From Leptogorgia sarmentosa (taxonomy: Eukaryota), in assembly GCA_964658305.1 (NCBI GenBank), contig OZ210884.1, positions 310,001 to 374,000 on the forward strand: a stretch of 64,000 bases of DNA, given 5' to 3'. Made by a program: the position numbers and the translations under genes. Of the stretch, positions 12,521 to 24,952 are shown in pieces. The number at the start of each line of letters is the position of its first letter. Positions within the stretch are counted from its first letter, which is position 1. The notes under the pieces are model-generated. The model saw only the letters and a program-made list of their open reading frames with translations, made no database searches and had not been told where the DNA came from.

Positions 12521-15500
12521 ATGATGGATAGTATAAAGGGCTATCTACCTCGAAATAGATTCAGTACCTTGTCTTACGTATGTGTGATACTTCATTTAAT
12601 CTTTGGAGCTACATTGATAGCTATTACAGCGAATTTAAAATAGCGACGATGCGGAAAAGTTCAGCTGTGCGGTCGACACAACATTTGCGACGCACAAGAC
12701 ATACGTGGAGAAAACGTGTTTTTCAATCTACAACGATGATTACAACTCTCCTGTCAGACTTTATGCTTTCGTCCTGTTGAGTTTCGGCTCTGTAGCTGTT
12801 GTGAGTCTCGTTTATTCGCTTGCAGTTGCAAACCGTATCGACGAAACAGAAAGATACTTGACCAAATGTGACGAGAACAAAACCGATGCAAAGAAAGAGA
12901 CATTTGAACCAGGTAGAAAGAGTTTCCATGTTTTCTATTGCTATTTTATCCACCTTGTTACTCGTTTCATGCTTGGTATAATATTTACCATCCTACAGTA
13001 TGCTGTATTTTATCCGAGTGGTTTTCATTCCCAATTCACCAGTGTTTACCCAGAATTAAAACAACCAGACCCCACCATAACTACAACTATGAATACCAGT
13101 GTCCTCTTGTCAAATGTAACATGTACAAACTTGGCCGCAAAGGATAAACAGTTTTGGGGAGCATTTGTTTCCGTATGTAATGTCATTGCTGCCTTAATTG
13201 CACTGGTAGAAGTGATTTATCTTGCATTGCATGGGTTTTGTTGTTTCAAACCTCGATCTGATCTTCCTTGGTCATGTGATTCACAATTTATTGCTGAGTA
13301 TTTTCTTGGAAAGCAATACATCCCATTTGAGAATGATGAGTTTACTGGCGTAGACAATTGTACCCCAAACAGCACTGAAATTTACAAACAGAATGTTTGG
13401 AAGGCTTCTATTACACCAGACATAAATTATGGGCTCGACACAGACACAAGTTTGGACGAGATATTTATTGATGTTGTTATTCAAACTGAACAAGCACCAT
13501 TGAAATTTCCAAAAGATATGACCAGGCATGAGATCAATGATGTTTATATGAAAGTTCCTAAACACTCAATAGGTCTTGAAGAGGTTAAAGATTTATTTCA
13601 TCCAAACAAGGATACAAAGGGTAATTCCCCACGAACTATTTTAGTCCTTGGAAGACCTGGAATTGGCAAGACTGTTTTGACCAGGAAAATTATGCGAGAT
13701 TGGGCAAGGGGGATTGACAAATTTTACCACGGCAAGATTGCGTTCTTCTTCAAATTTAGATGGTTTCATTTTGAGCAATTACAAAATTTGACACTTAAGA
13801 AATTTCTTCAATTAGCAACAGAACTGAGTGAAGATGCGTTTGAAAGTGTTTTTGAAGAAATTTGGGCAAACCCTCAAAATGCTATATTTGTCTTTGATGG
13901 CTTTGATGAATATCTTGCGAATCTCCAGAAATTTCAGGACTTTCTAGACCTGTCTAAAATGTGCCCGAATCACTCTACTTCTCCCATGTCGGCAACGTTT
14001 CTTTTCATTAAAATTTTGTCTGGCCAGATTTTACCTGGGGCAACAGTGTTGGTAACTAGCAGACCAAGTGCCATTGATGTTTTATCAAAATTTCATTTTG
14101 ATCGAAAAGTAGAGATAATTGGATTCACTGAAGAGAAAATTGAGAACTATGTTGAAAAATTTTGTGCTAATAATGAAAAAGATGAGCTAAAACCAAAGAT
14201 ATGGAATCATATCAAATCATCAGAACTAAAGAACATGTGTTATATTCCGGTGAATTGTTTTATAGTGTGTTTTACTTTGTTAAATGACCTAAGTGATGAA
14301 GGCAATGACAGTGCCTTGCCAACTACTTTAACTGACCTGTATCGGGAAGCTTTACATCATTTTTATAACCATAATAATCGAGACCTCCCCAAAGAACATT
14401 ATGAAAAGGTTATTAAGGAACTCCAACAGTTGGCTTTTGATGGTATGAAAAATGACCAATTGATTTTTGATGCTGAATTTGTTAATGAGCAGATGGAAAA
14501 ATCAGGATTGTTGCATCGTTTACCAGTCCCATTTTGTCAAGCTCAAGCTTGTTTCATTCATTTAACTGTACAAGAATTTCTTGCAGCCAAACATATAGTG
14601 GAAACAAAAAAACCAGAGGATATCGAAGAATTTATTACTTCTCATGTTGAACATGGCAAATGGCATCTGGTACTTCAGTTTCTGGCTGGGTTGTTGGGAA
14701 AGAGAATGAAAATGTGTAAAGAATACAAGAGTTGTGTTTTGGCTTTTAGAGAACATTTGCAAATTGAAATTGAAGGTGAGGATACTGTTTACACAGTGCA
14801 GGCTGATCGAATGTTGATGATGAAGTGTTTAAGAGAAACAGAGAGTGAAGATATTGCAGAAGAAGTCGGAATGACATCTGCTTTGAAAGACGTGACTAAG
14901 ATATATCATGGTGGAGAATATTTTTCCCCAAGTGATTGGGTAGCACTAGTGTTTGTTTGCAAGCACTTAAAACATCTAAAAATCTTATCTTTGAGTTTGA
15001 TAGCACATTTTGATTCTGTGGTAGAAATCGCAAAATTACTTTGTCACAGATGCATTGAAGCATTGAGATTCAGCGGGTGCCTCATTTCCCCCGTACAAGA
15101 GATCCTGGAACATCTTCTTACTGCAATAACATCAACACAATGTCGCATTAATCATGAACATTGTAAACTGGCTTACCTAAATCTTTCTCAGAACGGTATT
15201 ACTGATGCTGATTTATCCACGTTAACTGAGTTTCTTAAAAATGGTCATAAGATTTGTCTGAAGGAGTTACACCTGAGAGGCAATACGGGAATCACTTCTG
15301 ATGGAATTTCTATGTTTTGTGATGTTCTGGGCTATGAGGCTTGTAAGCAACTTGCATTGCTTAGTCTTCACTTTTGTCGGCTTCTAGGTGATGATGGTGT
15401 GCGATTTCTATGTAATGCATTGAAAGCGAAGCAGCATGGACTTAAGGTGTTGTCTCTTCATTCATGTTCTTTAACCACTGAAAGCACAAGTTGGCTCGGA

Positions 15501-16178
15501 CAGCTTCTCAGTGATGAACATTGTGAAATTACCAACTTGCAACTAAGTCTTAATGATCTACGTGATGAAGGTGTGCGTAAGTTGTGTGATGGTTTCAGAC
15601 AAGGGCAACGTAAACTTGATGTTTTAAATATTTCCTATTGTTCATTAACCCATAAATGCATGCCTTACCTAAGTGAGGTCTGTGGTGATGAAATGTGTAG
15701 CATTACTTACTTGTCACTTCGCGGGAATAAGAGTATAGTTGATAAAGGTGCAAGTATGTTGTTTGATGCTTTGAGAGTAAAACAGTCCAGCCTCATTGAG
15801 TTGAATTTGAGTAGGTGTGGTTTAACAAAGGAATGTATGACTTCCTTGTGTGGAGCTCTCGGTGATGAACACTGTCAACTGACCTACTTGGATCTTGAGA
15901 AGAATGATATAGATGATGAAGGTGTAGAGATGTTGTGTTGTGTTCTTGGGAAGGAACAGTGTAAGCTTACTGTGCTGGATCTTAAGTTTTGTTCGTTGAC
16001 AGATAAATGCATCTCTTCTTTGTCCGAAGCCCTCGGAAAGGATAGTTGCAGACTTACTGAATTAGAATTAGGCCTCATATACTCCTCCTCTAATAAATTC
16101 TCTTCTGAGGGAAAGAAATCGCTTAAAGACATGATGGAATCTGAACATTGTAGGGCAAGAGGTTTAAGAATAACATAA
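12521..16178 (+). CDS. Transmembrane NLR: 4-TM connexin-like N-terminal domain + NACHT + RI-like LRRs; apparent 1-nt frameshift at ~12638
   Basis: ORF 12705-16178 has Walker A GRPGIGKT (13650-13673), Walker B IFVFDGFDE, LVTSRP, winged-helix FIHLTVQEFLAA and many LxLxxN/CxL LRRs. ATG 12521 encodes TM1 in another frame, joined by removing one A from the AAAA at 12637-12640. Confidence 0.9.
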
Positions 16179-19141
16179 TTTGTCCTATCAGAGTATGAAA
16201 TGGTGAACTCTTCCTGTACTCAAAGTGTTGGATTGGAAACTTTATAAACGAGTTGACTGAGACAAATGCTACGATGGAACCATGTCGCACCTCACTACCA
16301 CAGTTTCACGGCTCGCGACGATCATCAGCTTTGCGCTTCGGTAGTTCTACGGTGAATTTGAGACAAGGATTTTCCCAGGACGGTGAGGTATTTATTCGCC
16401 TGTTGGTTCCTGCAGAATCTTGTACTTGTTCTACAGCAGGCATGTCGGACATTAATCCAAACTATGCTGAATTTCATGGAACATTCGACGAAACTTTCAC
16501 GACTCAATTGCTCGCATTCTCAGCTGAAGCGGATTGCTTTAAATTGACCGCATCAAAGTATTGGATTGGTAACTATATAAAACGAGTAGTGCACTGGGTC
16601 GAGTGTGATGACGCAACTACGGCGTAACTAGAGAAAGTGTTACACGATAAAAAGCTCATTGGACGGATGCTTACACCTTGAGTTATGTGGAACTTTCCAA
16701 GAGATTAACTTATTTTAAGGTATATTGAAACTGAATATTTATTTTTCCAAAATCAGAATTTCCAATGAATGCCAGCAGCCGGCAGATTCGTCGGGGCTAT
16801 TTGACGATCTAACGCCAACTATTTTCAAAAAAAGGAATCAATGATTGATTATTAGGCTGTTTTGAAAAGTAAAAAACCGTGAAGTTTCGATTCAATTTTA
16901 GTTTAGCCAATGTTTAAAGCTGAAAACTTCAAAGCAAATTTTCTAATCAAACAACTCGTTTAAAGCTTTCTTCTTTAGAAATCTTGTCTGCCTCCATTTC
17001 GGATTTTTCTTTTGTCGAGTTTTGGAATGAAAGTACGTGAAGAAAAACGCAAAGTAAAACAGCGGTTAATGCAGGGTTAACGTTAATCCAGCTTTGGACA
17101 ACCTGCCCATGGCTAGGGCTGTTGGAAATTCTATTGGAAATCCTGCAAAAGATAAATATTTGTTACATGCGAATAACAAAATTTTCTCTTGAAATTTTCC
17201 TGATTTTAGTGAAATTTTATTGTCCAGATTTGCTAATTCACATTTCCTAAGAAATTGTCTTTGGTTGTGGTTTCCCATCGCAATCAAACTCGAAAATAAA
17301 TAAGCAGAAACACAGTTGTGGCAATGGAAGTGTTGCTAAAGTATTGTATCAACTCATTCGCTCACACGAATCAATTCACTTGAGAGTTTTAGGGAATTAT
17401 TCGCAATTTTCGTGTATTTGATTACGTCTGGTCGCTTCCTGTTTTTTATGATTGGCCAGTTGCACCAAAACCAAATGTGATTGGATCATTCTAGAAGAAG
17501 TTTATCAACTATACGAAATGTTGTCGAATTATCAAATAACTAAGCAAATGATTCAATTGCTTTGTGTGTGCAAATGAATTGATAAAATATATTGGGAACA
17601 ATTCCATTGACGAATTTCAAAACTGTTGCGTTTCGATGATGTATGATGGAGTGTTTGATTTCACAACTGATGCTCAATTTGAACCGATTCATAACAAAAA
17701 CATCGTCGTGTGATTAAAGCTAGAACAGAGACGGCGAAATTATAGTAATATGTCGATTCTTGTACATTGTAAATATTTAGTTATTGTAGATTAGGTCAAT
17801 GAGTGAATAGCATGTTCCTGTGTAATACATAAAACGTCAGTCACTACGAACATTTGAGATACTGTAATATGGGCAATTATTACCGAAGCATATGTAAGTT
17901 TAGAATTGTAGTTTTCAAATCAAATGTTTTACAAAATTCAGATTGCTGGAAATCTTGTTACCTAAAATATTCAAGTTGTGTTTGTGCTTTGTTTTTAATT
18001 ATGGTGAATATTTACTGTTAGGAAAATCAGAGGGGTACACATTTGATTTAACATTATGTTGGGGAAGCTGGTTGTTATAGTCCCTCCCTTGAGGAATTGC
18101 TGGCGCCACCGCAAATTTTTTTTCCGTAGACAGTCGGACCCCTCCGAGATTGTCGTACTCCTCCTTAGCTCGTGCCCAGACCTGTGATAAACATACGCAC
18201 GCGGATACAATACCTGCAATTTCCCGCATGCTTATTTTTGCCTGGTATTAATATACAAAAATAGGTACACAAAGTGTACATGTATCTGCGCCTATGTCAG
18301 GTTGCGCCTATGTAGCTTGATGATCAAGTCTTATTTGTTTTCAGCTTTTCGATACACGCATCTTATCTGTCCCTAATACGCGATCTTGCATGTATAAAAT
18401 GGTTTACTGCTAGGGAATAGGCGAATAGCGCAAAAAAATACTAGGCAAGACGTGAGGTTGTGCGGAGACGTATTCAATACTTGATATAAGCTTTCATGAC
18501 TATCTCGCATTCCGGAATTCCCGCGATCATATATCAAATTGCATAAGGAATTGAAACTTGACGACATATGATATCGCGTTTTATGTTATTGCGTCTTTAA
18601 AATAGACACAGCGCTTTGCGATTGTTTGTGAAAAATGTGGCTCTCTAAAAACCAAATTTACCCTTTTCAATACCGTATTATAATAATATATTTATACACA
18701 ATATATTCCGTCCATTCGTGCGCATTTGCGTAGACGCTAAAGTGTATGTATGATCGGTATGCGCATTACGCGTAGGTTCAAAACAGAATACATGAAACAA
18801 TATATAATTTCGTTTGTTTTGTCTCGCGCTTAAAGGACAACGGCAACAAAAAATTTTATTGGCTATTTTACTATAATAGCATCAATACACCTTACGCGTT
18901 ATGTTTTTCTGACGTCAATAGAACACAATTAAGAGTTATTACACAATATTATATCTTAAATTCATCATCCCGTCCGCCATTTTGAATTAATGCGAAAAAA
19001 TTATGTTTTGGTCATGCAATCTCTATGACGTCAGGTGTGGGGTTTGGCAATTTTTGCAATAGACTGCTATAGAGGTTCGTAGGTTGTTAATAACTTTTTA
19101 AACAGCAAGAAAGCAAAACAAACGAAACATTTGATCAATTA

Positions 19142-19738
19142 ATGGATGAAATTCACGAAAATCAAGTGAGTGAAGTTCTGCCGTATCAGTTTGAACCCGA
19201 ACCAGGCCAAAACGCGAACTGTAGCGAATACTCTAGTGACTGTGAAAGCCAGTCTTCATCTGATGAAGACATTGGAATAAAAGCGTTTGAAACCGAAAAC
19301 GCTTGGCGCTTTGATTCACTAAAATGGTGCAAATGTGGTCATTGCTCGATACATAACAAAGTGATTGAAAATTTCTGTTGTAAAGAAAAATCATTAGAAT
19401 ACGACGAATATGATTCACTTTTGTCGCAAGCAGAAGAGGCAGGGAACCAGTGTATTACATGCCTACCGGAGTTTGCTGAAAATATGCTATCGCAAGGAGA
19501 TTTAAGGATTGATGTATGTAGATACTTAGAAGAAAATTGGCCGCTTGGCGATGAAGATATTGAAAGAACTCATAAACTTTACCGCTTGGTATCTTATCAG
19601 AGGTGCTCCCGTTGGATATTCCAAATATTGGGAAAGAAAAAGAGAAGACCGTTTTCGTCTTGTATATATGCGAAAATACGAGAACAATTTCCTTCAACAG
19701 ATGGGCTGTATACACATTTTAAGTACGCTAACAAGTAG
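19142..19738 (+). CDS. KolX-like / P2X7 C-terminal ballast-like Cys-rich protein (198 aa)
   Basis: Motifs PYQFEP, WCKCGHC, ENFCCKE, CIT, YRLVSYQR..RWI...LGKKKRRP..SC...IREQFP. Confidence 0.8.
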   Translation: MDEIHENQVSEVLPYQFEPEPGQNANCSEYSSDCESQSSSDEDIGIKAFETENAWRFDSLKWCKCGHCSIHNKVIENFCCKEKSLEYDEYDSLLSQAEEAGNQCITCLPEFAENMLSQGDLRIDVCRYLEENWPLGDEDIERTHKLYRLVSYQRCSRWIFQILGKKKRRPFSSCIYAKIREQFPSTDGLYTHFKYANK

Positions 19739-19859
19739 AACGGTATTTATAAGTTGCAACATACGTACATATTCATACAGTAGATAGCTTCATATTATAT
19801 ATTTGTACATGGAACATATATACATATTTACAAGGCGTTGGATTTGTTACTTGCGAGTG

Positions 19860-20206
19860 TCATAGCGAGTTATGACACTTTGTCTTGCTACATTTACACT
19901 CCGAACAACAAAGTTCTTTACTGCTTTTGCAAATACACCTTTTTGTCGCACATTTCCCTTTACAGGAGCATGAATTTTCTTTCTCTGTTGGTGCATGTGT
20001 TAAAGGTAAAGCAGGTTTGCTAAACCGACTACGTATGGCAGCAACGACAACTTCTTTTGACGGCTTTGGCCTTCCCTTCAAATACTTTTCCACCAAAGAA
20101 CAGGGCTCTGGCGGCAATATTTTCTTTGCGTGTTTTCTTGCTTTCTTAAGAGTGTTGTGCTTACACCTTAATTTCATCACTTCATCAAGAATTACTTTGA
20201 CATATC
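19860..20206 (-). CDS. Terminal exon of Kolobok transposase with CXC-like Cys cluster; catalytic core absent
   Basis: Acceptor TTTTTTAG|GATATG; YVKVILDEV...CSCKGKCATKRCICKSSKELCCSECKC. Confidence 0.6.
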
Positions 20207-20807
20207 CTAAAAAACAAATAGCATGGAATCATTCAGATAAATTAAATGGAAATTTTAAAGTTGTGCCAATTCGCAATATATACTTGTCACTGAAGCATGC
20301 ATGGACTTAATTGTTAGTTACAATCAATTGTTAGTTGAAAATCTTGACCGTTCTGATATGAAACTACAATCAAATTATTTTATACAACAGGTTTATACGA
20401 AAATTTGGTAAAGGCAATGCTTCTGGGAAATAAATGAACAAAGCACTAAAATCGGAGGATTACGTCACTGAAATGTACATGTTTTTCACTGAAATGTACA
20501 AGCTATTAATAATTATACAACTACATTCGAATAATCGCGAATATTTCTGTCGGCAACACGTCTCGGTAGGGACTGTGGTCATATAAACTGGCGCTTGACA
20601 AGAAAATGATACGTTGGGGGTTCGATTGTTTTCATGTAGGTATTGTTTATTATTAAAATAATTTTTTCACTAAATTTTTAGATCTGTTTACAAACTATTT
20701 TAGGATACCCATGATGAAATCTCATGAACAATTACTTTATATAATTTATCTATTCTTACCATAAGTTGGCTTTTCCTTTAAAGGTTTGGCGATAATGCAT
20801 GAACTAC

Positions 20808-21167
20808 CTTTCTTCGAAGTCTTTCTTCTGAGGTCTTTCTCTGTTTCGTCTCGGTTTTTTCCATCATAGGTTTGTTCAAGGTAGGAACAGCATTCTTTTT
20901 TAACATAACCAAAGTCTGATCTTCACAGCTGATTGATTTAAGAAATTTTGGGGAGTGTGCTGGGTCGTATGAGTCATCAGTGAAGTGAAGCGAGCATATC
21001 CTAGTATTTACTGTTGGTGTGAACGCTTTGCGTTTGCAAAATTCTATCCAAAATTCTCTCCTCTTACGTGTTTCGCTATCCTTACCAGCAGGAAAAGAAA
21101 AGAAATGCAATTCTTTGTTTATATTTTTTTTGCTGTGGCTGTTACACCCATAAACTGGACAATACAT
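20808..21167 (-). CDS. THAP domain, exon 1 of Kolobok transposase
   Basis: MYCPVYGC...FFSFP...WIEFCKR...RICSLHF...AVPT; ends at AAG|GTAG donor. Confidence 0.85.
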
Positions 21168-22238
21168 TTTCCAAAATACACATAATTCCTCGAATGATTG
21201 AATGTGTGTGGATTGCAACCCCACAGTTGACGTCATCAAATATATTCATGTATAAATTAGCATAGGCGCGAAATTCAAAATGGCGGACGGGATGATAAAT
21301 TTAAGATAAAATATTGGGTAATAACTCTTAATTGTGTTCTATTGACGTCAGAAAAACATAACGCCTAAGGTGTATTGATGCTATTATAGTAAAATAGCCA
21401 ATAAAATTTTTTGTTGCCATTGTCCTTTAATAAACGCACAAACCCGTTTTATTACAAGCTACGAAATCTATTTTCCTGGGATTGAATGTTTCAACCATTC
21501 CGTATGGCGAAGCGTCAAAATATAGTAGATATTCCGTGATCACAATGACACCGCGGTCAATCCAAACATGTAAAATGTGTCAGTGCGACAGTGCCGACAC
21601 GCTAAAGTATCGTAGGGAAAATATACGCGCAATTGTGTCAAGACATTAAACTCTTTCATAACCTTAAATATTCGCTGTGTTCAATTGTATAAATTGCGTC
21701 ATGATATTTTTGCTTTGATGATCTAAATTGCATAGCGAACGCGAACCTCTTTAATTAATATCTTTAAAAGCAATGCCAATGTCTGCAATTTGCGTCATGA
21801 TATTTTTGCGTATAAATTTCCTTAGTATAAATAGTGTTCTAAACGGCGCAAACGCTCATAAATTAACCTCTATTTCAGTGAAGTCACTCGTCGCTGCGAA
21901 CATTATATTTTCTTTTTATCTGGATATTCATGCGAAACAAAATCCACGATCAAACAGACAAACACATCACCACTTTTAGCTCGCGCCTATATCAGCCCCC
22001 ATTTTGTAATATTTAGCCCGCAAGAACTCCACGTTGGTTCCCTTAAATTTGCGGGTGGGCTCAGTGAGAATTACGTCATCTCAATGTTACGTTGTCGCCT
22101 ATTGGCTAAATTTAACTAACGAATTCGCTGATTGGCTGCGAGCTAACAGTTAACAGCTAACAGCTAACAGCTAACAACTCGATAGCAATATATCTGCGTC
22201 ACTACGTCTCGCAGATACAAATATAAAATACAGAGAAT

Positions 22239-22790
22239 ATGGCTAACGAAGAAGGTATTGCCGACCTTCTTCGCGAAGTAATACACGATACAACAAATAT
22301 ATTCTCTGGCGAAGACAATACCGATACATTATATGAATGTGTAAGAAACGTTTTACCCATCGAAGAAGAAAATTACGAAATTATCAGGGTCCAAGGAACT
22401 GCTCGAACGTTCAAAGCGAAAATCAAAGCCAATCTGCAAAGCGAAGGAGATATAACGAAGTTCATTCAGAATTACGGGCTAAAGAACAATGAAACTTTGA
22501 GGATTGCTAAAACAAGAAATGGTTGCCCAAAGTCAAACGGAGAAGGTATACTAACCCAATACTACCGATGCCATCACAATACAAGGTATGAAGGCACACA
22601 ATATCCAAGTGAAATCTTGTCGTCTCGACCAAGCAAACGATTCAAGAATACCAATTGTCCATTTTCCCTTGTCGTAAGGTTAAGTAAGAAGCGTGACGTA
22701 CACGAAGTTGGCTCCACTATTGACATAGAGTGGAACCACAATCACTCTGTTCAGTCACTACACTCGCTTAGTTTTAAGGATGTACCAATC
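22239..22790 (+). pseudogene. Truncated Mutator/MULE-like transposase N-terminus
   Basis: YYRCHHNTR...KNTNCPFSL...WNHNH (C2H2, FAR1/WRKY-like); ends abruptly at the hAT fragment. Confidence 0.55.
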
Positions 22791-23675
22791 TCTGCCACCC
22801 ATTTCACCATTTGATTGCCGTCTCACAAAAATGGAAATCGGGAATGCTTTCCCATATTCGTCATTCGGATAAGAGTGACCCGTTTGCCTTGCCATCGAAG
22901 AGCCAGGCCCAATCAATACAGCAGCACGTACCTCAGACTGTGAAATATTTTCGGTCATTAATAACTCGTCTACGTTCAAAAGCGGTGTCTCACTCTCACT
23001 TTCATCGACCGTTTCTTCGCTATTTGGAGTAACTGTGTCTGTACCTATTTCGCTATAGGTCTCGATTTCCTCCTGATGTACTTCTTGAGTCCCTTCCTTT
23101 GAACTCGTTGAAGCTTCCTCGATGTTGTGTTCCAGTCCAGTATTACTTTCAATGGCATCAGAACCAGGTGAAGTTCGTGAAGATGGTCCAGAGGGCAATG
23201 GAATAACATTTCCCGACTGAACATCGTCTTGTGCGTGCAACTCAATCGAGTCTGCAGCGTTACTTGGCTTCGATGTCCAACCAAACTCGAACAGAGTTTT
23301 CCTCCCTCTCTTTGCTTGATCTTCTCTACTTTGTTTTTCCTTTCTTTTGGTTGACCCAAATTTATGCTGATAGCTCATAATCATGCATGAAAATACATTC
23401 AATATCCATGATTCTTGAACATTTCGCCATTTGCATATGCGGCTAGCTTGCGGGCGCTTCAACGCATCGAGGTACTTGATGTTATGTCAATATGCTCTCA
23501 GAAAACAAGCATGTTTTGCTCGTCGTTCATTTGAATTTCAATGATTTCTCAATGTAAATTCCAGGTGAGAAATCACTTCTATGTCAAACTATTAATCTGT
23601 ACAGGATAATAGATGGGGTAGGGGGCCCTTGAAAATTTTTTGACCAGGGGCCCGAAATTCCTCTCGACGGCCCTG
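22785..23675 (-). mobile_element. 5' fragment of hAT transposon (ZMYM1/TTF-type transposase N-terminus)
   Basis: Terminus CAGGGCCGTCGAGAG at 23675; ORF MSYQHKFGSTKRKEK...TLFEFGW...F.RRQSNGE...RDW. Confidence 0.65.
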
Positions 23676-23682
23676 TTTTCAC

Positions 23683-24370
23683 CACTGAGCTATATTATTA
23701 ATCTGGAGATCAGGCACTCCACAGAACGGTGTCGCCAAAAACATGGCGGATTTTACGTCACACGTCCCCTATTCTCATGATGGTAATTCCTGACCACAGT
23801 TGAAGTGTTTGCAGGCGCCGTTTCCAACCCCCCCCCCTGGATTTTGCTGTACGATTTTATATATAAATATATATACTGAAGTGCTGTCCTGATATTTTTT
23901 CAAAGAATTGAGATAAAGTATTAAAATTCTCTTACATCTCAAAAATATATTGTTGTATTTGTTGTTGATGTACGCGCCTATAAATACCGAACGCGATTGA
24001 TTTAAGAGGACAGGAATGGACCAGTGTGACGACAGTTCTTTGTTGTCAAAGGAGTTGTGACATCCGTAAACATAGCAAAAACGCGGCATGTTGATAATCA
24101 ACAAAATTCAACGAAATATTGTTTTGAATTTAAAACTTTGACGTGATGTTAACTGGTATTTTAGTATTTTATTTTCAGACAGGGGGTGAGAAAACTGCTC
24201 ACTTACGGCAATATTATTTGGTCAGTGGTTAGTCGCCAGAAATAGGTCATAATGACGTAAATTTCGTCATAATGACGTAAATTTCGCTAAAATCCGCTTG
24301 TTTTTGGCAAACATTTTGTACGGCGAGGTATTACGACCTGATCTCCAGATATATTAAGTATAGCTCAGTG
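23683..24370 (-). mobile_element. Non-autonomous P-element-like transposon with THAP remnant
   Basis: TIRs CACTGAGCTATA...ATCTGGAGATCAGG / CCTGATCTCCAGAT...TATAGCTCAGTG; internal MPRFCYVYGCHN; no perfect TSD. Confidence 0.65.
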
Positions 24371-24517
24371 TTTATAACTAGCATTTATAAGGAGTTTAAG
24401 ACTAGCATTTATATGGAGTTTAAGGACGATCTTTTAGAATTCCAGTCACACACTTTCCTGTACTGCTTCTTAACGATATTTGTTCTCATCCACACGTAGT
24501 TTGAAGATAGAAGACTG

Positions 24518-24590
24518 CGACCCCACCAGGATTCGAACCTAGAATCTTCTCATCCGAAGTGAGACGCCTTATCGGTTAGGCCATGAGGCC
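24518..24590 (-). tRNA. tRNA-Arg(TCG), probably degenerate
   Basis: Copy of 10337-10409 with D-loop and T-stem substitutions. Confidence 0.6.
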
Positions 24591-24680
24591 ACCTAATGCC
24601 ATCGCCCTCTGAAGATCAAGAAATTCTAAATCTTGTAACGATCCAATCACTTCCATGTTGAAAACTATCACAGAAAAAAA

Positions 24681-24753
24681 CGACCTCACCAGGATCCAAA
24701 CCTGGAATCTTCTGATCCGTAGTCAGACACCTTATCCATTGGGCCACGGGGCC
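24681..24753 (-). pseudogene. tRNA-Arg(ACG) with mutated T loop
   Basis: CTGACTACGGATCAG anticodon arm; T loop GGTTTGGATCC. Confidence 0.65.
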
Positions 24754-24879
24754 TATTGCATAAAAGCCTTCTGGTGCGCATAGTGTGGAGAACCAAACTG
24801 CATTTCCATTGAAAAAGAAAATTTATTTCGTGCGCCAATGACAAGCCACACTAATCGAATTCTCATCGAAACCATGTCG

Positions 24880-24952
24880 TGGCCCGCGTGAGGATCGAAC
24901 TCACGACCTTAGCGTTATTAGCGCCACGCTCTACCTACTGAGCTAACGGGCC
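24880..24952 (-). tRNA. tRNA-Ile(AAT)
   Basis: GGCCCGTTAGCTCAGTAGGTAGAGCGTGGCGCTAATAACGCTAAGGTCGTGAGTTCGATCCTCACGCGGGCCA. Confidence 0.85.

Larger units (their letters stand above)
18834..21426. mobile_element. Kolobok-type DNA transposon, internally deleted
   Basis: TTAA on both sides (18830-18833, 21427-21430), AGG...CCT termini, ~155-bp near-perfect TIRs, two convergent genes (THAP and KolX-like). Confidence 0.85.

Noticed and set aside
12705..12707. GTG start given by the ORF track for the NLR
   Set aside because: Eukaryotic gene; the frame is open upstream to 12639 and TM1 lies in the ATG 12521 frame
16253..16627. 124-aa ORF downstream of the NLR
   Set aside because: No recognisable motif or convincing splice link; probably UTR or intergenic
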